From assembly GCA_018303505.1 (NCBI GenBank), contig JAGVYA010000044.1, positions 1 through 52,647 on the forward strand: a stretch of 52,647 nucleotides of DNA. The letters are read 5' to 3'. Under the pieces are notes generated by a model that saw nothing but the letters and a program-made list of their open reading frames with translations, did no database searches and was not told the DNA's origin. This stretch comes from Candidatus Woesearchaeota archaeon. Its GTDB lineage: Archaea; Nanobdellota; Nanobdellia; Woesearchaeales; GW2011-AR4. Of this stretch, positions 1 to 9,000 are shown piece by piece. The position numbers and the translations under genes are program-made. Position 1 is the stretch's first letter. Each line of letters starts with the position of its first letter.

Positions 1-137
1 GATTGCAAGGCATCATTTCCGCCAAAAGCAGCTTCTGCAACCTTTTTGCCGATATTAAAAACAATGACAACAAGAACTACCATTATTATTATTCTCATCA
101 AAGCTTCTATAATAAGTCCTTTTCTGTTCCTAATCAT
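1..137 (-). CDS. Type IV pilin-like small protein, 5' part only (runs off the window start)
   Basis: The minus-strand ATG at 137-135 overlaps the stop of the upstream gene (ATGA). Translation is MIRNRKGLIIEALMRIIIMVVLVVIVFNIGKK..., i.e. a basic N-terminus, then Gly, then about 20 hydrophobic residues (class III signal peptide pattern). It is absent from the ORF track only because the window edge truncates it. Confidence 0.45.
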   Translation of the reverse strand, partial: MIRNRKGLIIEALMRIIIMVVLVVIVFNIGKKVAEAAFGGNDALQ

Positions 138-430
138 GTTTTGGCTGGGCATTCCCTGATTTCTTTTCCTTTAAAATCATCTACTATCTTATAGCCTGCA
201 GGACACCCATCATTTTCAATCAATCCGGAAAAGCAGGGGCATTTATCAGCAACGTTTATTACATTGTCCTTATCATAGTCGCCTGCCGAGTCTAGCTTTT
301 CTTTTACATCAGAAATGCCCTTGCCAAAAAGCTTGTTCCACACCCCAGAATAGATTAAAAGATAAAATAGAAGTGCTACTATTATGACTGTCAGGTAAAC
401 TACTTCATGCGCACCTTTTTTCGATTTCAT
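134..430 (-). CDS. Small pilin-like secreted protein with a thrombospondin-type-3-like Asp-rich motif
   Basis: N-terminus MKSKKGAHEVVYLTVIIVALLFYLLIY (KKG followed by a hydrophobic helix). DYDKDNVINVADKCP resembles the DxDxDxxxDxxDxCP calcium-binding motif. Confidence 0.55.
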   Translation of the reverse strand: MKSKKGAHEVVYLTVIIVALLFYLLIYSGVWNKLFGKGISDVKEKLDSAGDYDKDNVINVADKCPCFSGLIENDGCPAGYKIVDDFKGKEIRECPAKT

Positions 431-436
431 CTCTGG

Positions 437-1063
437 TTAACTTCTGCTTAGTAGACAATAATTTCTGAAAGTTCCTCCTGTTTCAGGACTAGAAGAGCTA
501 CAACCAAAAATACCATTATAACAATATTGCCCTTGCAAGCATACTCGAGCCCCTTCATCTTTTGTATTGCAACTACACGGTGCATTTTTAATAGCGCATC
601 TTTCATCTATCTCACATTTAGGTGCCAATATAAATTCTTTATTCGTATCTTGACAGGCTTTTAGATAATTGCCGGGCACAATATCTGGCCCTTCACTTTT
701 GCAACCATGCAAACCATCATAACAATATGGCTTTTCAGTTGTGCATGTATCCGGTGCTTCTCTATTGTCCCTCTGGGTTGATGTAAAGCATTGACAACCA
801 ACATTTTGTATCTTACAAGTGTATTTATCAACAACACATTTCTTTTTCTCATACTCTTCTAAAATTTTGAGCCAGTTGGCGCTTTTCTCGCTTGCCTTGA
901 CATCTTTCTGTGGCTCAACCGGCAAGAATCTTTCAGCACCTAGAGCGAGATTTGCTATTGAAGGAAATAAGCCAGTTTTTGAGAATATTGCAACCAGAAA
1001 GATAACCAAAAAAAGTCCTAAAAGTGCCCACAATATTATTTTATTAAATACGCCTTCTGCCAT
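437..1063 (-). CDS. Membrane-anchored cysteine-rich protein with two ~60-aa Cys-rich modules
   Basis: N-terminal TM segment IILWALLGLFLVIFLVAIF. Two internal modules each end in YCY(D/N)G..GC. Confidence 0.55.
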   Translation of the reverse strand: MAEGVFNKIILWALLGLFLVIFLVAIFSKTGLFPSIANLALGAERFLPVEPQKDVKASEKSANWLKILEEYEKKKCVVDKYTCKIQNVGCQCFTSTQRDNREAPDTCTTEKPYCYDGLHGCKSEGPDIVPGNYLKACQDTNKEFILAPKCEIDERCAIKNAPCSCNTKDEGARVCLQGQYCYNGIFGCSSSSPETGGTFRNYCLLSRS

Positions 1064-1066
1064 TTT

Positions 1067-1195
1067 TCAAAAACCTAGTTTCCTAAGTATAAAATTTATC
1101 CACATTTGTAATCGTCCTGTTATTAACAAATACACACCAATAGCAACTGCCAGAAAAACCCCTAAAATAATTATATGTAACAATTTGCTTTCCAT
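1067..1195 (-). CDS. Possible 42-aa single-TM micro-protein
   Basis: My own translation gives MESKLLHIIILGVFLAVAIGVYLLITGRLQMWINFILRKLGF. It exactly fills the gap between two operon genes. It is too short for the ORF track and has no homology support. Confidence 0.25.
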   Translation of the reverse strand: MESKLLHIIILGVFLAVAIGVYLLITGRLQMWINFILRKLGF

Positions 1196-1215
1196 TATTC
1201 CTGCTCTCTTTGAGC

Positions 1216-2322
1216 TTATGATTTTTCACCAACTCCTGCTTCTATAGCGCATTTGCTTGATACTGTGTCATATTTGGAAATAAAAATATAGTTTAAATCA
1301 TTTACAGTTCCTGCACTAATAGTTTGTGCAGATCCAAATATCACTCCAGTTAGAGCAACAACCGTAGATATCCCGCCAGTTAATACTCCAGAGGCAATTC
1401 CTGCAGCTACAGCTATTCCAGGTCCTAGTAGAATGTCCCAATTCATACTCTTACCAGGACTAACAAAAGTTACTCCATATTTTGAGCCAGAACTAAAACC
1501 ACCATCTTCAGCAAAGAGGATTTTTCCTTTTCCGCCTCCAACATATTCAACATAATCCAAATAAGTTGCCATGTTTTCTGCCTTTATGTAACAGCTTCCG
1601 CTCTTGCACTGCCATTTGTCGTATCTTAACTTAAAATCACCTTTAGGCTCATTAAGGCATTCTCCACCCTTGTTCTTGCATTCATCTCTATTGTCTGTTG
1701 CTATACAACACTTTTCATTTTCTTTGCACCTGCTGGAAGCAACTTCTCTTGGAAAATCCGATGACTTATCGCATGATGCCATGCACTTTCCACCCTGACC
1801 AGCTGGAGCGCACCTGTCTGTGCTGTCAGTAGCATAATAAGGCGTGTCTGCCAACGAATACGCAAATTCCTTATAGCTAAATTGGTTTACATCTTTGTCT
1901 AATGAGAAGGTATAGCAGATAAAGCAGCCATTTTGCAGATTATACCAGCTTTTGTCAAACATATTCTTTTCCCTTCCTTCAAGCCACATCCACCAGCACC
2001 TCGCCATTAAATCTCTTACCTCTGCTTTCGCAGCTTCTGTCGGTCCTTTTGGATGGCCTTGATAATCCTTTCCCGGCAAATCTTTTTTATCAATTGTCTT
2101 GCAGGCTCTCGGCGCAATATTATAGGTGCCTATTGGCGTTTCTAACTCAGTTCCAAACCTTAAAGCATTAAAGCCCCTACAAAGATTTTGTGATGTTTTT
2201 TCATCAGCTCTGCTGCTTGTGACTGTAAAAACACCAATAATCAAACCTGTTGCTACAACAATCAATATCATTTCAATTAAAGTTGCAAACTCTATTCCTC
2301 TTTTATTTCGGGCTAAAGACAT
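1216..2322 (-). CDS. Pilin-like protein (class III signal peptide), Cys-rich globular domain, Gly-rich C-terminal hydrophobic segment
   Basis: MSLARNKRGIEFATLIEMILIVVATGLIIGV shows RG followed by an IEFATLIEM-type hydrophobic helix, as in type IV pilins. The C-terminus GPGIAVAAGIASGVLTGGISTVVALTGVIFG is a Gly-rich hydrophobic stretch. Confidence 0.65.
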   Translation of the reverse strand: MSLARNKRGIEFATLIEMILIVVATGLIIGVFTVTSSRADEKTSQNLCRGFNALRFGTELETPIGTYNIAPRACKTIDKKDLPGKDYQGHPKGPTEAAKAEVRDLMARCWWMWLEGREKNMFDKSWYNLQNGCFICYTFSLDKDVNQFSYKEFAYSLADTPYYATDSTDRCAPAGQGGKCMASCDKSSDFPREVASSRCKENEKCCIATDNRDECKNKGGECLNEPKGDFKLRYDKWQCKSGSCYIKAENMATYLDYVEYVGGGKGKILFAEDGGFSSGSKYGVTFVSPGKSMNWDILLGPGIAVAAGIASGVLTGGISTVVALTGVIFGSAQTISAGTVNDLNYIFISKYDTVSSKCAIEAGVGEKS

Positions 2323-2428
2323 TAGTTAAAACCTTCCATATTCCATACAAGAAAATGAGTCCTAATACTATTCCCAATATCCAGATAGCAAGATTTTTGA
2401 TTTGAGATTTCCTTAAGAATGGTGGCAT
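2303..2428 (-). CDS. Possible 41-aa micro-pilin-like ORF
   Basis: My own translation gives MPPFLRKSQIKNLAIWILGIVLGLIFLYGIWKVLTNVFSPK. It has the same RKS-Q plus hydrophobic pattern as its neighbours and overlaps the start of the 368-aa gene by 20 nt. Confidence 0.25.
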   Translation of the reverse strand: MPPFLRKSQIKNLAIWILGIVLGLIFLYGIWKVLTNVFSPK

Positions 2429-2451
2429 TTTAATTATTAATCGTTTTGAGC

Positions 2452-2721
2452 TTATTGATTAAAAACTTGAACGCAACATGATTTTTTATTTGAACTTTTG
2501 TCCTCTTCACAATTTGTATTTTTAATTAATGCTTCATTTGTTTCACATTTTTCCTTACAGACTCCTTGCTTAGCGCCGCAATCCTGCAAGCTTTGCGAAA
2601 AAATTCTAACCCTGCCGCTGAATATCGAAACAAGAACCACAAGAACAATCAATGCCAAAGCAGCAACTACTATAACATTAATTGTCATACTTTGCGCTTT
2701 TTTAGTACCTCTTTTAACCAT
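2452..2721 (-). CDS. Mini-pilin paralog 3 (class III signal peptide, Cys-rich tail)
   Basis: The internal Met gives MVKRGTKKAQSMTINVIVVAALALIVLVVLVSIF. The C-terminal CGAKQGVCKEKC...CEED...CC is a paralog of the next two genes. I chose the start at 2721 to avoid overlapping the upstream paralog. Confidence 0.7.
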   Translation of the reverse strand: MVKRGTKKAQSMTINVIVVAALALIVLVVLVSIFSGRVRIFSQSLQDCGAKQGVCKEKCETNEALIKNTNCEEDKSSNKKSCCVQVFNQ

Positions 2722-2768
2722 ACCCAAAATCCCTAAAGAACCAGATATATAAATATTTGGGTTACTTG

Positions 2769-3047
2769 CTATACACAGCAACAGACGTAACCTTTGGATA
2801 CATCAGAGTACTCCCCACCTACAGCTGTACCGCGCTCCTCACATGTTTGCTTAAGAATATCTCCGGCTGTAAATTTAGTTTTGCCCAGACTTTTACACAC
2901 ATTTTCACACGAAGCTGTACTTGAAACACCTTCACTAAAAATCTTAAACCTGCCTGTAAAAATAATAAACAAAACTACAAGAACAGCTAATGCAATTGCA
3001 GCAACAATAATTGTGTTGATAGAAATGCTTTGGGATTTTCTGAACAT
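2769..3047 (-). CDS. Mini-pilin paralog 2 (class III signal peptide, C-terminal CCC)
   Basis: MFRKSQSISINTIIVAAIALAVLVVLFIIFTGR. A 65-nt block (2968-3032) is identical to 3251-3315 in paralog 1. The protein ends in ...YVCCCV. Confidence 0.7.
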   Translation of the reverse strand: MFRKSQSISINTIIVAAIALAVLVVLFIIFTGRFKIFSEGVSSTASCENVCKSLGKTKFTAGDILKQTCEERGTAVGGEYSDVSKGYVCCCV

Positions 3048-3051
3048 ATTA

Positions 3052-3330
3052 TTAACTGCAACAGCAATATTTTCTACCAGATGCTTGCACATCAGAGTAA
3101 GTGCCTGCAATTATTTGACCTGGTGACACACATTCAACAGTAGAATCCACAAAAGAAGGTTTAAGATTTAACGAACTGCATTTCTGAGCACATGTATCAG
3201 TTTCCTGCACGCCTCTTGTAAACCCACCAAGCCTTCCAGTAAAAATAGCAAACAAAACTACAAGAACAGCTAATGCAATTGCAGCAACAATAATTGTGTT
3301 GATAGAAATGCTTTGTCCTTTCTTGCTCAT
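3052..3330 (-). CDS. Mini-pilin paralog 1 (class III signal peptide, C-terminal CCC)
   Basis: MSKKGQSISINTIIVAAIALAVLVVLFAIFTGR matches the archaeal class III signal peptide pattern (K/R-G then Q-x-S plus a hydrophobic helix). The protein ends in ...KYCCCS. Confidence 0.75.
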   Translation of the reverse strand: MSKKGQSISINTIIVAAIALAVLVVLFAIFTGRLGGFTRGVQETDTCAQKCSSLNLKPSFVDSTVECVSPGQIIAGTYSDVQASGRKYCCCS

Positions 3331-3400
3331 TTATGTAACCTCTTTTGATATCTAAGCGTTTATTATGGAAGTTATATTTAAATATTTGGATTTTAAATGT

Positions 3401-3490
3401 GTAGGCGAGGCGGAGTGATATGGCAGAAGAACGACGCCGAGCACTAACTATTGTCGCGAAGCGACGGATTGAAGGGTTAGTGCTTCGATA
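3401..3490. other. GC-rich structured intergenic island, possibly a diverged member of the GC-rich repeat family
   Basis: A roughly 90-nt GC-rich patch sits in an AT-rich spacer. It contains nested inverted repeats: gagcactaac...gttagtgct and an inner gtcgc-gaa-gcgac. The motifs gtaggcgagg and gacgccgagc resemble the 25.9-kb and 43.95-kb elements. Confidence 0.3.
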
Positions 3491-3495
3491 TCTTA

Positions 3496-3972
3496 TTACC
3501 CGCAAATATCAAGTTTAGTGTACATTGTAGCTACGCTTATTGGTATAGGGAATAGTTTTGACCTTTTGTCTGCCTTGCAGGGTTTTCCTACCTTAATTAA
3601 AGGCGATCTTATATCTGTATACGCCAGAAACTCGTATTGCATATTCCATTTATCAAAGGTCTGGTCAAATATGTAATTAGCAGTTGATTCAACAAACTTG
3701 CATGAGTCTTTTCCATCATCGCATATTATGCTTCTGGCTTGCGCGCAGTCCTGCAGAAGCTCTGTTACTGTAAGCTGTGAACACTCTTTAGCAGCTGTTT
3801 TAAGCAAGGTGTTAAGCATATTGGAAGCAATCTCTGAGCTGACAAACCCTTTTCTATATTCTGTTGGCGCTTTAAGCACTAAAAATCTGACAACAAAGAT
3901 GGTAGCCACCAATATCAGCACAACAACTATTGCCAATCCAAGTATTTCCGTCTGGGATTTCCTAGTTTTCAT
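3496..3972 (-). CDS. Pilin-like protein (class III signal peptide)
   Basis: MKTRKSQTEILGLAIVVVLILVATIFVV shows RKS-Q followed by a hydrophobic helix. The globular domain carries scattered Cys residues. Confidence 0.6.
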   Translation of the reverse strand: MKTRKSQTEILGLAIVVVLILVATIFVVRFLVLKAPTEYRKGFVSSEIASNMLNTLLKTAAKECSQLTVTELLQDCAQARSIICDDGKDSCKFVESTANYIFDQTFDKWNMQYEFLAYTDIRSPLIKVGKPCKADKRSKLFPIPISVATMYTKLDICG

Positions 3973-3979
3973 TTTTGGT

Positions 3980-4453
3980 TTATTTAAACAATGTTTCTAT
4001 AGTCAAAACACCAAATCCGTGCTTTCTTGTAGCAGGATCATACAATGATATAGGCACATTTGTCACAAACTTGCTATTGAAGTCCTCTATTTTTCTTGAA
4101 TATAAATTCCACTTTGCCTCATTAGGGTAAATTTGAGATATGCTTACATCGCTGAATTCAAGCAAATCGTAATAATAGATTTCATTCTTTTTCATTATGC
4201 TTTGCGCAGAATCTAATTTCAATATGTCAATGCAATTATCAATTATTATGTTATCTTCGCTGCACTGGACCTCTGGCAGAAACATGATTTTTTGGGATAT
4301 TCCAACTGATCTTAGCTGCGACAATTCTTCTGTTTCAAGTTCAATATTGCTTTTAATAATTTTTACATAGAACATAAAACCTATAATTATGAGTATGAAA
4401 AATACAAACAGCACAGCAATTGTCTCTCCAATCTGGATTTGCGCTTTCTTCAT
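3980..4453 (-). CDS. Pilin-like protein (class III signal peptide)
   Basis: The internal Met gives MKKAQIQIGETIAVLFVFFILIIIGFMFYV. The ORF-track start at 4483 would overlap the upstream gene. Confidence 0.55.
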   Translation of the reverse strand: MKKAQIQIGETIAVLFVFFILIIIGFMFYVKIIKSNIELETEELSQLRSVGISQKIMFLPEVQCSEDNIIIDNCIDILKLDSAQSIMKKNEIYYYDLLEFSDVSISQIYPNEAKWNLYSRKIEDFNSKFVTNVPISLYDPATRKHGFGVLTIETLFK

Positions 4454-4464
4454 TTTGGTATGGA

Positions 4465-5466
4465 TTAATAAATCAGGGTGCATGAGTATATCTGCGCATT
4501 TTTGTTTTCACTAGACAAGGATTTGGCAGAGTCTGCTATAACATCGATATTTCCCTTATTAAAATTTGAGGAAGCTGCAAATATGCTGTTTAACTGGCTT
4601 AATGCATTGCTATAAAACTGGTTGCATTGAAATTGCCTGCCAGATGTTGCTCCTTGCGTCAGTTTTTTTGTTCTTTCAGCATATATTTTAGTAACTAGAT
4701 TAAGCCTTGAAAATACATTTCGCATATTGCATTCATACACATCCAAAGTATCTGCGTATATTGCTCCAATCAAAGACTGCTTTCCAATATAGAATGATGT
4801 GCCTTTGGACAACCACGAATTACTTTCCTTTTGCCAAAACTCAATTATTCCCTTTTCACTATCTCCATTAATTTTAATTGCAGTCACGTCAGAATCCGGC
4901 ATCTTTTCCAATGCTTTTGGGAAATCGATAAGATTCTCAAAAAGCACAAATCTGATTTTATAATTATTCATATTTTTAATTTCTGGCATTGATTGATAAA
5001 ATTCTTTTTTTAATTCAGAAGGCATTGACTTGTTTATCTCTTTAGCAAGCTTACTATCGCCTATAATTATGTATCTCATCTGCGGGCTTGTAATATAGAG
5101 AAGATTTGTTGCCCTGTAAGGAGTGCTAAAAGCAAGTGTTTGCGTTATAAGCTTGTTTCCTTTGATTAGACTTGGGGCAAATAACACCAAACTTTGGTAC
5201 TGTTTTGAAACTCCTCCAATTGACACCCTGCCGCAATCTACTTCAATATCTGAATTTGGTATGTCTATGATATTTGTTGTATCTGTGCTCACGCTAGCTC
5301 CTGTTATTACAGCTTCCATGCTTTTTAGAATAGTGGCCTTTGTTGATGTTTCTGATACATTTTTCTGCTTAATAACAACAACTGTAAAGAACAAGATAAT
5401 TGCAGTTCCTGCAACCAGAACAAAAATCCAGTTAAACTGGATTTCAAATCCCTTTTTATTCATCAT
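4465..5466 (-). CDS. Pilin-like protein, 333 aa (class III signal peptide)
   Basis: MMNKKGFEIQFNWIFVLVAGTAIILFFTVVVI shows KKG followed by FEIQ and a hydrophobic helix. Confidence 0.6.
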   Translation of the reverse strand: MMNKKGFEIQFNWIFVLVAGTAIILFFTVVVIKQKNVSETSTKATILKSMEAVITGASVSTDTTNIIDIPNSDIEVDCGRVSIGGVSKQYQSLVLFAPSLIKGNKLITQTLAFSTPYRATNLLYITSPQMRYIIIGDSKLAKEINKSMPSELKKEFYQSMPEIKNMNNYKIRFVLFENLIDFPKALEKMPDSDVTAIKINGDSEKGIIEFWQKESNSWLSKGTSFYIGKQSLIGAIYADTLDVYECNMRNVFSRLNLVTKIYAERTKKLTQGATSGRQFQCNQFYSNALSQLNSIFAASSNFNKGNIDVIADSAKSLSSENKNAQIYSCTLIY

Positions 5467-5504
5467 GGCAGAGAAATTATGATTCCTGTTTAAAAATCAA
5501 TTGA

Positions 5505-6023
5505 TTAACTCCATTGGCTTAAAAAAACATGGTTGCCTTTGCCCTCTAACTTTATGCTTATTTTATTATTGGCAGCTTTGATGCACAGCACATCAGGCTC
5601 AACAGATATTTTTCCAGCATAAAATGATTCCTTTGCTATTTTCTCCACTAAGAAAACATTTTTTCCGGTATTTGACAATATGCTGTCTTTTATTATAGGA
5701 TCCACATTATTTGGCAGAGCAGGGCTTTCAAGAGTTTCAACAAAACAAACCTGCGCATAGCTAGCGCATAATTCGAGGTCTTTTCTTTTTATGCTTCCAA
5801 AATCGCTTGAGATGCTTTCTACTGCATTGATTAAATCATTTTTGAACTTAAGCATGCATACTTGCTCTGCTCTTTTTTTAAAATTCTGGACAGCATTGTA
5901 ACCATAAAACAAAATGAAAGATATTAATATTATTGTTAGAATATAGATGAATATCTGGCTGTAAAGCTGTGCTCTGTCATTTTTTAGCATTTTTGCGCAT
6001 TGCTGGCCTTTTCTTTCTTGCAT
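5505..6023 (-). CDS. Pilin-like protein (likely start at 5990)
   Basis: MLKNDRAQLYSQIFIYILTIILISFILFYG, read from Met12, has the RA-Q plus hydrophobic helix pattern. The longer ORF overlaps the tail of the giant gene. Confidence 0.5.
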   Translation of the reverse strand: MQERKGQQCAKMLKNDRAQLYSQIFIYILTIILISFILFYGYNAVQNFKKRAEQVCMLKFKNDLINAVESISSDFGSIKRKDLELCASYAQVCFVETLESPALPNNVDPIIKDSILSNTGKNVFLVEKIAKESFYAGKISVEPDVLCIKAANNKISIKLEGKGNHVFLSQWS

Positions 6024-9000
6024 CTTTTGCTATCTGCTTGAGTCTTATGAAAACATCCTCTTTTGGTTTTTTAGCCAATGTCTTTGTTTTCTTTGGTTTT
6101 GCAGGCTTTTGAATCTTTTTTTTAATCTCTTGAACATGTTTCTTCTCTTCCTTTACAACTTTTTGTTCTGCTTTGATTCCTTTAGGCTCTTCTTTTGCTG
6201 TTTCTTTTCCTTCTGCAAACTTTCCAAATAAACTTTCCCTTTCCTTTGCTTTCTGCTCCTCTCTCCTTTTAAGCGATTCCCTTATTCTTATTTCTTCTTC
6301 CTTTTGCCTTAACGGAATTTGTCTAGCTTGTTGTGGAGGAATTGCTCTTGGCATTTCTCTTTGCCTTGGCATCTCAAATTTCTCTTCTTTTCTTTTTTGC
6401 ACAAATCTATAAGCCAGGTATCCACATCCTGAAATTAAAACCACTATTCCAAAAATAAACATTAATATCTTTTTTAAATTTGACTTTGGAAAGTCTTCAG
6501 GGTCGACTGGACTTGTTCCTTTATCAATCTCTTCTTTATCAGTAAAACCATCGCCATCTGTGTCGGCCAGATTTGGGTCTGTACTCTGTGCATATGTTTT
6601 GTGCACTTCAAATTCTTCAGAATTAGTAAGACCATCGTTGTCTGGGTCTAAACCAGCATCATTTGGATCATTTGGGTTTAGTCCATTTTGTATTTCCCAT
6701 TCATCTGGCAAGCCATCTCCATCTGTATCTCTTGTGCCTTGCTCTACATTAGGTGTAGTACTTTTTTTACAAACATGTGATATACATTCTATGCCATCTA
6801 CACAATCTTCATTTACATTACAACTACTACCTTCTGAGCATTTTGTTGGGCAATATCCGCCGCAGTCTACATCTGATTCTCCTGGGCTGAGCTTGCTGTC
6901 AGAGCAGCTTTCCTGCGGCTTGCAGAATCCGAAACTGCAGAAATTGCTCTGACAGTCACTGTTAGTGTTGCATGTTTGACTATTTTGGCATTTTAAGCAT
7001 GGACCACCACAATCAATTGCAGATTCGCCTTGATTTCTTATTTCATCCTCGCATGATGAGCCTGAACATTTATTATTAAAGCAAAATCTACTTTCACAAT
7101 CTGAATTGTCTGTACATGGCTCATTCAACTGGCAATCTCCCCTATCTTTGCAACTGATTTGCAAAGCTGTAGTATTTGAGTTGCAACTACCTGTACTTAT
7201 CCTGCAATTACTGCAACTTAAGCTGCCGTTAATAAAGTTAGTGCTGTAAACCCTGCAGCTTAAATCTGTGAGGTCGCCGAAATTTATACTATCACAAGTC
7301 TCGCCAGGGTCAAGCAACTTGTTGCCACATTTTGGAGCCTGCTGGCATCCAAATGTATCAAGCTTGCAGTCGCTTGTGCATTTCAAAATGCCGCTTTGGA
7401 ATGAGTTGCTATAGGATGCGCAGCTAGTATTGATTGCTCCAAGATTACTACTGTCGCATTCTTCGCCTGGATCTATTAAATTATTTCCGCATTTTGGTTT
7501 TGGCACGCAAGCAGTTGTGTCGAGCTTGCAAGTATTGCCGCATTTCAGTGTTCCGCCAGCAAAATCTCCATAATTAGCACAATCTTTAATACTTCCTAAT
7601 GAAGTGCCGTCACAGGATTCACCAAGATTTATGATGCCATCTCCACAAGTTCCAGTTGTGCCAAAGCAGCTGCTTGTGTCAAGTTTGCATGCATTGCACT
7701 TTATCGTGCCTCCTGTGAATAAGTTTGAGTATTGGCTCGTGTCCATAAAGCAGTTTGATGCGCATGTTAAAGTCCCTCCTCCAAAGCCCAAATCAAGGCA
7801 GCTGTCAATTGCGCCGTAAAAGCTACTGTCACAGTGCTCTCCGGTTTCTATAACCTTATTTCCACAATAAGGCTGCAACACACAATTAGTTGTATCAATC
7901 TGGCATTTATTGCAGCCAAGACTACCGCTTATGAAATTATTGAAATGCGTGCATGTTTTTATAGCACCGAATGTAGGGCCTTTATCGTCACAAATTTCTC
8001 CTGAATCTACGTCTCCATCTCCACATATTTTTTGGTTTATTTTTGTGCACCCAGAAACATCTAAGTGGCATTCGTTTGAACAACTTAGTACTCCGCTATC
8101 ATATGCAGAAATGTCGCTACATTTCTTTACAGCACCGAATACTGTTTTGTCACACTCTTCTCCTGTATCAATGAAAAGATTGCCACATCCTTTTTCAATG
8201 CAAGAAGAAGTATCCAATTGGCATGATGCAGAGCATCGCAAAGTGCCTGCTACAAAGCTTTGATAATCTGTGCAGTCATTAATTGTGCCAAATGTTGTGC
8301 CGTCACAATCTTCATTATTATTAATAACATTATCTCCGCAAACGCCAGGAGGAGCTCCTTGGCATGCAGAAGTGTCTATCTGGCAACTAACACACTTCAA
8401 GTTGCCACTAGCGAAATTGTTGGAATAAGATTTGCAAGTTCCATCAAGGTTGCCAAAGTTTGTACCGTCGCATGTTTCGCCTGTGTCTATTACCCCATTG
8501 CCACATTTTGGCTTCTCCGCACAATTTTCAGTTGAAATCTGGCAATTACTGTTGCACTTTAATGTGCCGCTCTGGAATGAGTTGCTATAGGATGCGCAGC
8601 TTGTACCTATGTTGCCAAGGTTGCTGCCATCACACTGTTCCTTATCATCGATAAAGCCATTGCCACATGTTTGGGCAATTATACACCCACCAGTATCAAG
8701 CTGGCAGTTACTTGTGCATGTGAGAGATCCTGCGCTGAAGAAGGAACTATACTCCTTACAGCTGCTACTTATAATGCCTAAATTAGTTTTGTCACAGCTT
8801 TCGCCTGTGTTCACAACTCCATTTCCACATTTAGGCATTGGATTGCATTTGCTTGTGTCTAATTGGCAATTATTGCATGCTAGAAGCCCACTACTAAAGT
8901 CCTTATAGTCCTTGCATTCGTTAATTGCTCCAAATAAATTTCCATCACAATCCTCTCCGACATTAATGATATTGTTACCGCAAGTTCCACCTACTACACC

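Noticed and set aside
3-194. A plus-strand 63-aa ORF at the window start.
   Set aside because: The opposite strand encodes a pilin-like N-terminus with an ATGA overlap to the upstream gene, which fits the operon. The plus-strand product has no features.
819-1247. A plus-strand 142-aa ORF.
   Set aside because: It is antisense to the 208-aa Cys-rich gene and to the spacer, and it runs against the uniform minus-strand operon organisation.
3197-3505. A 102-aa minus-strand ORF spanning the mini-pilin 1 gene and the 3331-3495 spacer.
   Set aside because: It overlaps the well-supported pilin frame, and its translation (Arg/Ser-rich, then frame-shifted pilin codons) is implausible. Its 5' part is simply the stop-free GC-rich island.
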